A stretch of 64,000 nucleotides of DNA from Gemmatimonadota bacterium (GCA_040389905.1 JAZJZK010000005.1:64001-128000); one strand, 5' to 3'; counted from the first letter of the stretch, positions 28,205-38,223 are shown. Translations and numbers: made by a program. Notes: generated from the letters alone by a model not told the origin.

Positions 28205-29120
28205 CTCCATGCTCGACAACCTGCGCTCGATGGACATCGAGCCGGGAGACGCACGCCGCAAGCTGAAACGTGCGGTCATCGGCGGCAGCACACTGTTGGC
28301 GGCGCTGCTGCTGCTGCCATCGACGTTCACGTACATCAATCCGGGCTACGTCGGCATCGTGATTCATCGCGCCGGCGGTGGAGTGGATCCGACGCCACTC
28401 GGGCCTGGCGTCCACGTCCGCATGCCATTCGCGACGGGGATCGAAGAGTATCCGGTGTTCCTCAAGACGCTCGTGCTCGCGAAGAGCTCGAACGAGGGGA
28501 GTAACCTCAACGACGAGATCAACGTCAACAGCGTCGAAGGCCAGCCGTTGGCGCTCGATGTGTCGCTGTCGTTTCAGCTCGACCCGACGAAGACGCCGAA
28601 GCTGTATACGATGTTCAGGACGGACATCAACCTGATCACGCATGGCTTCGTCAAGCAGACGATTCGCCAGGCGTTGCAGGAGGTTGTCGGTACCGAACCG
28701 GTGGCGGACGTGATTGGTCCGAAGAAAGCGGAAGCCACGAGTCGCGTCTTCGCGCTGATTGCCAAGCATCTCGAGCCGCTCGGCTTCGACGTGAAGCAGT
28801 TCACGATCAACGAACTGCGTGCGCCGCCGGCGGTCATGGAGGCGATCAACCAGAAGAACATCATGCAGCAACAGGCGCTGACCGCGCAGAACGAATTGCA
28901 GAAGAATACGTTCAACGCGCAGGGCGATTCGATCAAGGCGGCGGGACGCGCAAAGGCAATTACCGCCGAAGCCGAAGCGCAAGCGCGCGCGAATCAGCTC
29001 TTGTCGCAGAGCATCACGCCCACGCTGGTGCAGTACGAGATCACGAAGAAGTGGGACGGCAAGTTGCCGCAGGTATCAGGCGGTGCGACGCCGCTGATTC
29101 AGTTGCCTGTGAAACCGTAG
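28197..29120 (+). CDS. SPFH/band 7 (prohibitin-like) protein
   Basis: AAGGAG RBS, TM anchor, PGYVGIV, coiled coil AEAEAQARANQLL and KWDGKLP. Confidence 0.9.
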   Translation: MGSSMLDNLRSMDIEPGDARRKLKRAVIGGSTLLAALLLLPSTFTYINPGYVGIVIHRAGGGVDPTPLGPGVHVRMPFATGIEEYPVFLKTLVLAKSSNEGSNLNDEINVNSVEGQPLALDVSLSFQLDPTKTPKLYTMFRTDINLITHGFVKQTIRQALQEVVGTEPVADVIGPKKAEATSRVFALIAKHLEPLGFDVKQFTINELRAPPAVMEAINQKNIMQQQALTAQNELQKNTFNAQGDSIKAAGRAKAITAEAEAQARANQLLSQSITPTLVQYEITKKWDGKLPQVSGGATPLIQLPVKP

Positions 29121-29247
29121 GTGACAGGGGACAGGAAACAGGAGACAGGAGCAGATGGGCTTACGCTCGTTTTGTCGCCCTTAGCGAAGCGAAGGCCCGC
29201 ACGTGCGGTTCCTGTCCCTGTCCCCTGTTACCTGTCTCCTGTCACCT
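29119..29247. repeat. Inverted heptamer arrays (GACAGG-type) enclosing a REP-like unit
   Basis: AGGTGACAGGGGACAGGAAACAGGAGACAGG...CCTGTCCCCTGTTACCTGTCTCCTGTCACCT. Confidence 0.85.
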
Positions 29248-30648
29248 GTACTTGAACACATACTTCGTCCACACAATGATCGCACCGCACTTCGTGCCCA
29301 CTCCCTTTTCCCGATACTGTGTGGGCACGTTGAGCGGCCTCGTGTACACCTCGAGTCCAGCCACTTCACTCGGCGCGAGATCGAGCAGATTGCCGTAACC
29401 TGCTTCCACCCCGTCGAGCCAGACGATGGGTGTGCACTGCCCACCGCGGTCGTTGGACACCGATGCGGTGAGCGAACCGCCGCGCTGCATGAGCTGAAGG
29501 CTCGGGACATCACGCAGCACGTTCGTGATGGACCTGTACCTCGAGATCTCCGCGGAATCGGCCACGTATCCGAGGGCGAGTTTTCGCCGTGACTCGAACT
29601 CCACTTTCATGACCTTGCCGAAGGGCATGGCCGTGACGTCCATCCCGGCAAGGATCTGCGCTCGACTCACGACGAGAGACAGCGTCGCGGTGTCTCCAGC
29701 GATGACGTCGATCGAGGCGTAGACCGGGCGCATTCCGAGGGTCAGCACCTCCACGCGACGCGTGCCGGCCGCCACCTCCCGAAGGATGAATCGTCCCGAT
29801 TCGTCAGAACGATCAGACACTCCCGCAACAATCACCCGTGCATTGGGGAGGGGCGCGCCAGCGTGGTTCGTGAGGTGGCCGACGACGATGCCCGTCGCAA
29901 CGCTTCCTGAGCCGGTACGCGACGGGATGAGAAGATCGCGCCGCTGGACCCGCACGTCCATCACGACGTCGATGCTATCCGTCGTGCTCGACGAGTCTCT
30001 CTGCGCATTGACCAGGATGCCCAACCCGCGAACGGGCACACCGCAGACGACATACGTTCCATTCGCGTCGGACCTCGAGCGGAGCCGCCAATTGCTGAGC
30101 TCATACGCGGATCGGATCGTGCTTTCCGACGCGAGCCGGGGGTTGTCGGACGTGAGGCGGACCTTCGGATCGCGACGGCCGAGCGAGTCGTACCACACCA
30201 GGCTGATTCCCGCGCCGGCAATGGGCTTGCTGCCCGCCGCGTCGTACACCGTGCCGTACACGAAGCCGCTGTCCGTCGGTGCCGGTCGGTCGCCACAGGC
30301 TCTTCGCCACAGCGTGGCGAATGACGGCGTGCCGACCCGGACTTCGGCACCGTCCGTCAGGAGGACGCGCGTCGTGAGGCCAGAAAAGCCCAGCGTGTCG
30401 AGTGTGGCGTGTTGAAGAATGATGGACTGTGCGCCGCCCGGAACCATCTCGAGCTCGAATCGGCCGCGGGCGTCGGACGTCGTGCTCCAGGGCCCACCGG
30501 CAATGGCCACGAAGGCGTTTGCAAGCGGCTGGCCGCGCAGGCTATCGAATGCAAGCCCGCGAATGCGCGGAATCACGTTCGGTGTCTGGGCGACTACCTC
30601 ACCGCCCACCGCGAGCACGACCGCGACAAGGGAAAGTGCTCGACGCAT
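29242..30648 (-). CDS. Secreted protein: carboxypeptidase-regulatory-like domains plus C-terminal TonB-plug-like domain
   Basis: Signal peptide, three SD.GRF-type beta-sandwich units, C-terminal WLDG...GLEVY...CGAIIVWTK. Confidence 0.8.
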   Translation of the reverse strand: MRRALSLVAVVLAVGGEVVAQTPNVIPRIRGLAFDSLRGQPLANAFVAIAGGPWSTTSDARGRFELEMVPGGAQSIILQHATLDTLGFSGLTTRVLLTDGAEVRVGTPSFATLWRRACGDRPAPTDSGFVYGTVYDAAGSKPIAGAGISLVWYDSLGRRDPKVRLTSDNPRLASESTIRSAYELSNWRLRSRSDANGTYVVCGVPVRGLGILVNAQRDSSSTTDSIDVVMDVRVQRRDLLIPSRTGSGSVATGIVVGHLTNHAGAPLPNARVIVAGVSDRSDESGRFILREVAAGTRRVEVLTLGMRPVYASIDVIAGDTATLSLVVSRAQILAGMDVTAMPFGKVMKVEFESRRKLALGYVADSAEISRYRSITNVLRDVPSLQLMQRGGSLTASVSNDRGGQCTPIVWLDGVEAGYGNLLDLAPSEVAGLEVYTRPLNVPTQYREKGVGTKCGAIIVWTKYVFKYR

Positions 30649-30663
30649 TCGGGATCTCCGCTG

Positions 30664-32214
30664 TCAGCGATTCTTGAACAGATACTTCGTCCACACGAGG
30701 ATCGCGCCACACTTCCGCTCGACACCCTTTTCGCGATACAGCGTCGGCACGTTCATGCCTCGCGTGTACACCTCGAGGCCTGCAACCTCGTTGGTCGTGA
30801 GATCAGTGAGATTGCCGTAGCCCGCCTCGACACCGTCGAGCCAGACGATTGGCGTGCATTGTCCCCCGCGATCGTCCGATACCGTCGTCGTCGTCGAGCC
30901 GCCACGCTGCGTGACGATGAGGCTCGGCACGTTCCGCAAGACGTTGGTGACCGAGTTGTACTTGGAGACCTCCGTCGAGTCGGCGACGTAGCCGAGCCCG
31001 ATCTTGCGGCGGGATTCGAATTCGATCGCCATGACTCGGCCAATCGCCATCGCCTTGACGTTCACCCCGCCCAATGTCTGCGCCTTGCCGAGTACGAGCG
31101 ACAACGCCGCCGTGTCGCCGGCGACGACGTCAACCGTCGCGTGTGTCGGTGGAAGGCCGATCGACAGGAAATCCACTCGGCGCGTGCCGGCTGCGACTTC
31201 GCGAATGATGAATCGCCCAAGCTCGTCCGAGCGCGCTTCCGGCGCACCGGCGATGATGACACGCGCATACGGGAACGGCGCGCCCGCGAAGTCCGTCAAT
31301 TGGCCCGTCACGATTCCCCACCGCTTTGACCCGGAGGCCGTGGTGGGCGCGATGCGAAGGTCGCGCCGGTGCACCGGGATATCCATGCGCACGTCGATGC
31401 TGTCACTCACGTTGAGCGAATCGGTGGCGGCCATTATCTGGATTCCCAGTCCCTTCATCGGAACGCCGCAGACGGCATACGTTCCGGTCGAATCGGTTCT
31501 CGCCTGCACACGCCAATGCACTGCGTGGCCAGACGCTTGTTGCACTTCCTCTCGTCCGTAGTTCGGTTTCTCGACCGGCGTGAAGTAGATAGAACCCTTG
31601 GGAACGAGTGTCTTCTTCGCGCGCTCGCGTTCTTCCAGCGCGGTGGCCCGTGCCGCTTCCTGGAGCGGCGTGCTTCGACGGCCCCCGATGGAGTCGTGCC
31701 ACACCAGGCTGATCTCCGCGTCAGCGATTGGCTTGTTCGTCGTGGCGTTGTAGACCATGCCATAGACGAAGCCACTGTCCAACGGTACCGGTCCGTTGCA
31801 CGCCTTCTGCCACAGCGTTTCGAAGGACGGAACGCCGAGGCGCACTTCGTCGACGCCATCCGTGATGCGAACGCGCGTCGTCAGCCCCGAGAAGCCGAGG
31901 GTGTCGAGCGTCGAGTGCTGGAGGATGATGGAGTGCACGCCGGCCGGCACTTTCTCGAGCTCGAAGCGGCCGAGCGAATCCGAGGTGGTGCTCCACGAGC
32001 CGCCAGCAATGGCGATGAACGCGTCGGCGAGCGGCTTGTTCCGTAAGCTGTCGAAGGCGACGCCGCGAACGCGCGGTACGACGCTCGCGCCCTGCGCGGT
32101 GAGCGCGGTGCGTGCAGGCAGCAGGGCCGCGATGGCGAGAACCAGCGCTCGGGACAACCTTGGCAGAAACAGCGCTCCGGTGGGGAACTTCCCTAGAGTG
32201 TATGCAATCGCCAC
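30664..32214 (-). CDS. Tandem paralog of 29242-30648
   Basis: Same architecture with long near-identical peptide blocks; start codon uncertain. Confidence 0.8.
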   Translation of the reverse strand: MAIAYTLGKFPTGALFLPRLSRALVLAIAALLPARTALTAQGASVVPRVRGVAFDSLRNKPLADAFIAIAGGSWSTTSDSLGRFELEKVPAGVHSIILQHSTLDTLGFSGLTTRVRITDGVDEVRLGVPSFETLWQKACNGPVPLDSGFVYGMVYNATTNKPIADAEISLVWHDSIGGRRSTPLQEAARATALEERERAKKTLVPKGSIYFTPVEKPNYGREEVQQASGHAVHWRVQARTDSTGTYAVCGVPMKGLGIQIMAATDSLNVSDSIDVRMDIPVHRRDLRIAPTTASGSKRWGIVTGQLTDFAGAPFPYARVIIAGAPEARSDELGRFIIREVAAGTRRVDFLSIGLPPTHATVDVVAGDTAALSLVLGKAQTLGGVNVKAMAIGRVMAIEFESRRKIGLGYVADSTEVSKYNSVTNVLRNVPSLIVTQRGGSTTTTVSDDRGGQCTPIVWLDGVEAGYGNLTDLTTNEVAGLEVYTRGMNVPTLYREKGVERKCGAILVWTKYLFKNR

Positions 32215-32236
32215 TCCGGCGCAAGACGGACGTTCG

Positions 32237-32566
32237 TCAGGAGCAGTACAACGTCACGATGTGGACGAACGTCTGATCGGCGCGGAGCGTCAACCGCGTC
32301 TCCGATGAAAACTGTGTGCCGATGATCGCGGCAGTGAGCACGCGGTCACCGGGCGGAGTGTGATAGAGTTGCGATGTCTGGCTTCCATGCAACATCTCCG
32401 TGCCGACGACGACGCCGTCGATGGAGAATTGCCAGTTGTACACCGACCCGCCGCACAGTGGTGCTTGAATCGAGAACTGGACGATCGCGAACGGGGGTTC
32501 GGTGGGAGATCGGCAACCGATACCCAGGAAGAGAAAAACCGCGGCAATCCATTGCGACAGGCGCAT
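32237..32566 (-). CDS. Small hypothetical lipoprotein
   Basis: MRLSQWIAAVFLFLGIGC lipobox; beta-rich body. Confidence 0.7.
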   Translation of the reverse strand: MRLSQWIAAVFLFLGIGCRSPTEPPFAIVQFSIQAPLCGGSVYNWQFSIDGVVVGTEMLHGSQTSQLYHTPPGDRVLTAAIIGTQFSSETRLTLRADQTFVHIVTLYCS

Positions 32567-32580
32567 GGACGAAATACGTG

Positions 32581-33192
32581 TCACGCGCGCGAGTTGTTCC
32601 CAGCGTGCCGCGCGAGGCGAGTCGTCAGGTGGCGCTTCACGTCGACCCATTCGGCGGCGAGGATGCTGAACATCACGGAATCGCGCACCGTGCCGTCCCT
32701 TCTCGCCTGATGGTGACGGATGACGCCGTCACGGTGGGCGCCGAGCGCGGCGATCGCGCGCTGTGATGCGAAGTTGAAGTTATCGGTGCGCAGCCCGACG
32801 ACCTTGCAGCCGACGGTGTCGAACGCGTGCGCGAGGAGCAGGAGCTTGCACGCGGTATTCACATGACGTCGCTGCCAGCTCGCGGAATACCAGGTGTGGC
32901 CGATCTCGACCCGGTCGATCGCCGGCACGATGTCGTGATAGCGAGTGCTACCCACGATTGCGTTGGTCGATAACTCTCGCACGACCCACGGGAGCATGTG
33001 ACCGGCGTTCTGCCCAGCGAGTGCGATTTCGATGTAGGCGGAGGTACCCGCCGGCTCGGGAACCGCGGTGAACCAGAGCTCCCACAGTCGTCCATCGGAC
33101 GCTGCCTCGGTTAGCGCGTCCGCGTGCGCGAGTGTGAGGGGCTCGAGGCGCACACCATGGCCTTCGAGGGTGACTGGTGAGAGAGTGATCAT
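32581..33192 (-). CDS. GNAT N-acetyltransferase (RimJ/RimL-like)
   Basis: EIGHTWY, KLLLLAHAF and NFASQRAIAALGA. Confidence 0.92.
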   Translation of the reverse strand: MITLSPVTLEGHGVRLEPLTLAHADALTEAASDGRLWELWFTAVPEPAGTSAYIEIALAGQNAGHMLPWVVRELSTNAIVGSTRYHDIVPAIDRVEIGHTWYSASWQRRHVNTACKLLLLAHAFDTVGCKVVGLRTDNFNFASQRAIAALGAHRDGVIRHHQARRDGTVRDSVMFSILAAEWVDVKRHLTTRLARHAGNNSRA

Positions 33193-33247
33193 GAGGTTCG
33201 GCGGAATGTTTTTCTCGGACGTGATTGGTGTGCCGCTAATCAGCTGT

Positions 33248-33428
33248 GACAGGTGCTCAGTAGCCAGCTACAGCTTACAGAGTTTCAGGGGGTGTGACAT
33301 TCCGGTTGTTTTGTCGCCCTGAGCAACGCGAAGGGCCTGCACTTATCCCGGTGCGCCAGGCGCAGCGCCACCGGAGCGCCACACCCCCTGACAATCTGTA
33401 GGCTGCGGCTGATCACTGAACGCCTGTC
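33248..33428. repeat. Composite inverted-repeat element containing a REP-like unit
   Basis: Arms GACAGGTGCTCAG...TCAGGGGGTGTG and CACACCCCCTGA...CTGAACGCCTGTC; about 100 bp matches the reverse complement of 49745-49846. Confidence 0.8.
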
Positions 33429-33469
33429 TCATCTGATTGCCGCGCTTCCGCGCTCGATCTCGGAACACG

Positions 33470-34087
33470 CTAGCGCATCGCCACTGCGAGCGTCTCGAAC
33501 CACCAACTCGCCATCGCCGCAACGCCCGCTCCCGCCATCCATCCCCCGAATACGTCCGTCGTCCAGTGCCACCCCAGCGCCACTCGGCTGGCTCCCGTGA
33601 GCGCGCACACGACGATCGCGAGGGGAATCGCCACCGTCAACGGCACGAGCCCCTCGCGAACGAGCAAGTACGCGCTCGTAATGATTACCGCCGTCGCGTT
33701 GGTTGTGTGTCCGCTCGGGTACGCGGCTTCCGTTTTGTCGCGCAGCAGCGCGACCTCGGGACGATGACGGTGGTAGATGAACTTGACCAGATGATGCGTG
33801 ATGATTCCGCCAAGGCTCGCTGCGGCGAGCGGCAGAAGAAAATGACGCGGAGGGCCAGGTCGCGTGTAGATCAGCAGACTGGCGGTGGTCGCCGCGATCG
33901 CCGGATGAACGAGTCGCTCGCCCGTCAGCGTTGCCATACCCGCCGCGCGCCTGAGCCGAAGCCGATGAGGCCCCGCCACATGCTCCATCCAATCGTCGAA
34001 GCGCTGCACAGTCGGCAGCCGAGTCGCGAAGGCAAGGAGAATGCACCCGGAGAACCCCAACATCGCGATGCTCCAGAACGGCGTCAT
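33470..34087 (-). CDS. PAP2 family membrane phosphatase
   Basis: KxxxxRxRP, YPSGH and SRVALGWHWTTDV. Confidence 0.92.
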   Translation of the reverse strand: MTPFWSIAMLGFSGCILLAFATRLPTVQRFDDWMEHVAGPHRLRLRRAAGMATLTGERLVHPAIAATTASLLIYTRPGPPRHFLLPLAAASLGGIITHHLVKFIYHRHRPEVALLRDKTEAAYPSGHTTNATAVIITSAYLLVREGLVPLTVAIPLAIVVCALTGASRVALGWHWTTDVFGGWMAGAGVAAMASWWFETLAVAMR

Positions 34088-34120
34088 TGGAGCCGCAATG
34101 TCATCGAGACACGTCCAAGG

Positions 34121-36532
34121 TCAACGGATCGCGGCGTCAGGAAGCCAGCGCTGAAGCAGATCGCGCACCTGCTCTCGGCTTACCGGTTTGTCGAGTACCG
34201 CCGCGGCGCCGCCGAGCACGCCTCGTGACTCGCTGCCGACCACGCTCACGATGACCACGGGCGTACCCCGAAGGAGATCGTCGCTCTGCAGGATGCGAAA
34301 GACGTCGAAACCGCTGATTTTCGGCAGCCGGAGATCCAGAAAGATCATCGCGGGCAACAGTTCGCGGGCGAGTCGTAGCGCCTCGAACCCACTCGACGCC
34401 TGTACGACATGACAACCGGAATCCTCGAGGAGCTGCCCGAGGAGCAGCCGTGCGTCGGGGTCGTCGTCCACGATGAGCACGCGCGGAGCCGTTCCGTCGT
34501 CGTCCAGTTCACGCGCGCGATCCGGTGGCGTCACCGAGACCGCCGGGGCCTTCATCGGCGTACTCATGCGGGACATACGCGGCGTCTGGCCAATGCGGAT
34601 GATCATCGTCGTGCCTTTGCCTTCTTCGCTTTCGACCTCCAGATAGTGCCCCATCAATTCACACAATGAACGCGAGATGGCGAGGCCGAGTCCCGTTCCA
34701 CCGAATCGTCGCGAGGTGGTGGATTCGGCCTGCTCGAAGACGCTGAAAATGGCGTCCAGCCGGTGCGCCGGAATTCCAATGCCGCTGTCGCGCACGGAGA
34801 GCACGATCGGATTTCCCTGGTCGTCCACGCGAATCGATACGACGACTTCTCCCCGCTCGGTGAACTTGATCGCGTTGCCGATGAGGTTGATGAGTACCTG
34901 CTTCATGCGCGCCGCATCTGTCTGCATGGAGCGGATTTCCGTCGGGACGTCGGCGCGCAGGACGACGGGCCGGTCCCGTGTCTGGCTCTCGAGCTCGTCG
35001 AGGGTTTCACGCACCAGGGTGTCGAGCATCACGGATGACAGCTCGAGCGTCATCCGGCCCGCCTCGATCTTGGACAGATCGAGGATGTCGTTGATGAGGC
35101 CGAGCAGGTGACGTCCGTTGGTGGCAATGCGTTGGAGATAGGAGAGGTCTGCCTCGCGCAGGGTGCCGTGCTTGTTCTTGAGCAGCACGTTCGCGAAGCC
35201 GATGATCGAATTGAGCGGCGTACGGAGCTCGTGGCTCATGCGAGCGAGGAAGTCACTCTTGGCCCGACTCGCTGCTTCCGCCGCGTCCCGCGCCTCGACG
35301 AGCTCGAGCTGCGTTCGCTTCCGTGCCGTGATGTCTCGGAAATTGACGACGGCGCCAGAGACCTGGTTGTTCTCCCGAATCGGCGATGCCGAGTACTCCA
35401 CTTCCAGCGGATCGCCGTTCTTCATCCACATGACTTCGTCCACTTCGCTGCACGGCACGCCAAGAACGGCCGCGAGATGGATTGGGGACTCCGACGCGGG
35501 ATACGGAGTCCCGTCGCGCTTCTTGCTGTGCGTCAACTCGTGCATCGACTGTCCGACGAGTTCCTCCGGCTGGTAGCCGAGCATTTCCGAGCCTCGGCGA
35601 TTGACGAAGGTGATGTAGCCGCGCGCGTCGAGTCCGTAGATGCCTTCACCCGACGCGTCGAGCAGGCGTCGGATATTCGTCGAGAGCCGTTGCCGTTCTT
35701 CGTTCGCCGCGCGCCGGTCGGTGATGTCGCGCAGCGTGCCCATCGTACCGGCGAATCGGCCAGCCTCGTCACGCACCGAATGCATGCTCGCCTCGACCCA
35801 GCGGTAGCCACCGGTGCGTTGGAAGAATCGCACCTCGACGAGGCTGCTCTCGGTTTCGCCATCCACGAGCGGATTGAAGGCGTCGAGCATGCGCTTGCGA
35901 TCGGACGGATGGCCGTACGAGAGGTAATGCGTGCCGAGTGTGGACTCGACGGCGTTGCCCGTCATCGTGGTCCACGCCTGGTTGAGAAAGGTCCAGAGCC
36001 CTTCCGCGTTCGTGCGGAAGAAGACGTCCTGTAGTTGCTCGATCACGGAGCGATACTTCTCTTCGCTCAGGGCGAGCGCCTGGACGGCGGCCTCCCGCTC
36101 CGTGACGTCGTGGATGTGAACCATGCGAGCCGCCCGCCCGTCGAACTCGAGCGGATACGAACTGATCTCGACTTTGAGGATCCGGCCGGTCTTCGTACGG
36201 TGCGTGGCCGTCGCCGAAAAGTGGGCGCCTTGGCGAGACTCCGTGAGCAGGCGGTCGAGCTCGCCCTGTGCGGCGGGTGGCCGAATATCGCGGATCGTCA
36301 TCGCGAGGAATTCGTCGTGCGACCACCCGTAACTTCTGACGGCGGCCTCGTTCACCTCGAGAAACCGCAGCGTTTCCGTGTCGTAGACCCACGCGGGTTG
36401 CGGAGACAGCGCGAACAACGGGCGAAATCGCTCGTCGGCCGTATTCGGCGAAGTTGACGCGCCGGCTAATGCAGAAATATCACCCTCGCTGGAAGACGTG
36501 AATACCGCCTGAGTATCTTGCTTGAGCGCCAC
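34121..36532 (-). CDS. Cytoplasmic hybrid kinase (3xPAS-HisKA-HATPase-REC)
   Basis: [22 protein letters not shown] and C-terminal REC. Confidence 0.95.
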   Translation of the reverse strand: MALKQDTQAVFTSSSEGDISALAGASTSPNTADERFRPLFALSPQPAWVYDTETLRFLEVNEAAVRSYGWSHDEFLAMTIRDIRPPAAQGELDRLLTESRQGAHFSATATHRTKTGRILKVEISSYPLEFDGRAARMVHIHDVTEREAAVQALALSEEKYRSVIEQLQDVFFRTNAEGLWTFLNQAWTTMTGNAVESTLGTHYLSYGHPSDRKRMLDAFNPLVDGETESSLVEVRFFQRTGGYRWVEASMHSVRDEAGRFAGTMGTLRDITDRRAANEERQRLSTNIRRLLDASGEGIYGLDARGYITFVNRRGSEMLGYQPEELVGQSMHELTHSKKRDGTPYPASESPIHLAAVLGVPCSEVDEVMWMKNGDPLEVEYSASPIRENNQVSGAVVNFRDITARKRTQLELVEARDAAEAASRAKSDFLARMSHELRTPLNSIIGFANVLLKNKHGTLREADLSYLQRIATNGRHLLGLINDILDLSKIEAGRMTLELSSVMLDTLVRETLDELESQTRDRPVVLRADVPTEIRSMQTDAARMKQVLINLIGNAIKFTERGEVVVSIRVDDQGNPIVLSVRDSGIGIPAHRLDAIFSVFEQAESTTSRRFGGTGLGLAISRSLCELMGHYLEVESEEGKGTTMIIRIGQTPRMSRMSTPMKAPAVSVTPPDRARELDDDGTAPRVLIVDDDPDARLLLGQLLEDSGCHVVQASSGFEALRLARELLPAMIFLDLRLPKISGFDVFRILQSDDLLRGTPVVIVSVVGSESRGVLGGAAAVLDKPVSREQVRDLLQRWLPDAAIR

Positions 36533-36586
36533 GCCGCGCGCGAGTACTCGGAGTCCTCAAGATTCCTATTCCAAGGTAGCGAAGCC

Positions 36587-37078
36587 ATGCCTGTCGTACC
36601 GTTTGAGAGCCTGCCCGATTCCTCACGCGTGTGGATCTTCGGAAGCGACCACGTGCTCACGGAGGAAGGTACGAAGGCGCTGCTGGCCGGAGTAGACGCG
36701 CACCTCGAAAGCTGGAAAGCGCACGGTGCGCCACTGACGGTGTCGCGCGAATGGCGCGATGGACGCTTCCTCGTGATTGGAGTCGATCAGAGCACCGAGG
36801 GGGCGTCCGGATGCTCGATCGACGGGCTCTTCCGCGCGCTCCAGCAACTCGAACGCGCCGTAGGAGCGAACATGGTGGGCGGCGGCCGGGTGTTCTATCG
36901 CGACGCACATGGGGCCGTACAGTCCACGACGCGGGCCGAAGTGGAGACCCTCGCCCACAACGGCGAGATCACGAAGGATTCAGTTGTGTTCGATACCACG
37001 CTCACGGACCTCGGCACGTGGCGCGCGTGTTTCGAGCGGCCGGCGAAGGAAACCTGGGTGCGCGACCTGATTCCATGA
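36587..37078 (+). CDS. Conserved hypothetical protein (WxAHG, ASGCSID motifs)
   Basis: ATG 36587; SRVWIF, WKAHG and SGCSID recall a conserved uncharacterised family. Confidence 0.8.
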   Translation: MPVVPFESLPDSSRVWIFGSDHVLTEEGTKALLAGVDAHLESWKAHGAPLTVSREWRDGRFLVIGVDQSTEGASGCSIDGLFRALQQLERAVGANMVGGGRVFYRDAHGAVQSTTRAEVETLAHNGEITKDSVVFDTTLTDLGTWRACFERPAKETWVRDLIP

Positions 37079-37086
37079 CCGGCGGA

Positions 37087-37159
37087 TTGTCACCCGAGCG
37101 AGCTGCACGTCAAACCCAGACGGAAGGTGCAGATCCCACGACTTTGCTCGGGATGACAA
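37087..37159. repeat. Inverted pair of REP-like palindromes
   Basis: TTGTCACCCGAGC...GCTCGGGATGACAA; the right half is near-identical to 44153-44206. Confidence 0.8.
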
Positions 37160-37173
37160 CGGCTGACGCTGGG

Positions 37174-38223
37174 TCAGCCCAACCACTTATCCAGATTCGC
37201 TTTCACAAAATCATCATCCGCCAACTCCGGATGCAGCGCACACACCCGGTCGATCTCCGCGCTCTGGCCGGGCGATAGGCCCTCCGAGGGATCGAGGCAC
37301 CAGATGCCTCGCATCAGTCCCTGCCGGCGAAGGACCTCGTGAATGCCGGCAATGCATCCCGCGAATCCATTCGCGGCATCGAAGATCGCGCCGTTTGCGT
37401 CGGTGAGCGCCATCGCGTCGGTGAGCGTCGGTAGCTGCCCAGGTCCCATCGGCTCGCGAATGCGGTGAAGCAAGTCCACCGCGGAGTGCGTCCAGACCGC
37501 CCATTGTCCGAGCAAGCCGCCGGCGAAGTACGATGAGCCCGCTGCCGACACGGGAAATGGAGTCATCAAGTCGAGGATGATCGAATCGTCGTTCCCCGTG
37601 TACAGCGCGATGTCATTCCGCCCCGAATCGGCAACGGCCCGCACGACATCGAGCGTCTGGTACCGGTTGAACGGCGCCACCTTGATCGCCCACACGTTCT
37701 TGATCGTCGCGAATTCGCGCCAGAACGCATAGCTCAACACACGGCCGCCCACAGCCGGCTGAAGATAGAAGCCGAAGAGTGGCATGACCTCCGCCACGGT
37801 ACGGCAATGCGCGATCAGCTCCGCGTCGGACGCCTCCTTCAATGCGCCAAGCCCGAGCAATGCGACGTTGTACCCGAGACTCTTCGCCAGCTCTGCCTCG
37901 GCAACGGCCTGCCGGGTCTCGCCTATGACGCCCGCGACCAGCACGATCGGATCATCGAGGGAGTGCCACGTACGGACGGTGTCGGCCGCGAGCTCGAGCA
38001 CGGGGCGGTAGAGACCGTGACGTGCATCGCGAATGGCGAACTGCGTCGTGTGCACGCCGACGGCGAGACCGCCGGCGCCTGCGTCGAGATAGTAGCGAGT
38101 GAGGGCGCGCTGATGCCGTTCGTCGAGTCGTCGCTCAGCGGTCAGCGCCAGAGGATGCGCCGGAATGACCAAGCCAAAACTCACCCGTGCGCGAATTGCT
38201 TGCAGTCGCTCAAAAGTGTCCAT
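37174..38223 (-). CDS. Dihydrodipicolinate synthase-like (class I aldolase) protein
   Basis: GVHTTQF, GFYLQ, AIKVAPF and YTGNDD. Confidence 0.85.
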   Translation of the reverse strand: MDTFERLQAIRARVSFGLVIPAHPLALTAERRLDERHQRALTRYYLDAGAGGLAVGVHTTQFAIRDARHGLYRPVLELAADTVRTWHSLDDPIVLVAGVIGETRQAVAEAELAKSLGYNVALLGLGALKEASDAELIAHCRTVAEVMPLFGFYLQPAVGGRVLSYAFWREFATIKNVWAIKVAPFNRYQTLDVVRAVADSGRNDIALYTGNDDSIILDLMTPFPVSAAGSSYFAGGLLGQWAVWTHSAVDLLHRIREPMGPGQLPTLTDAMALTDANGAIFDAANGFAGCIAGIHEVLRRQGLMRGIWCLDPSEGLSPGQSAEIDRVCALHPELADDDFVKANLDKWLG

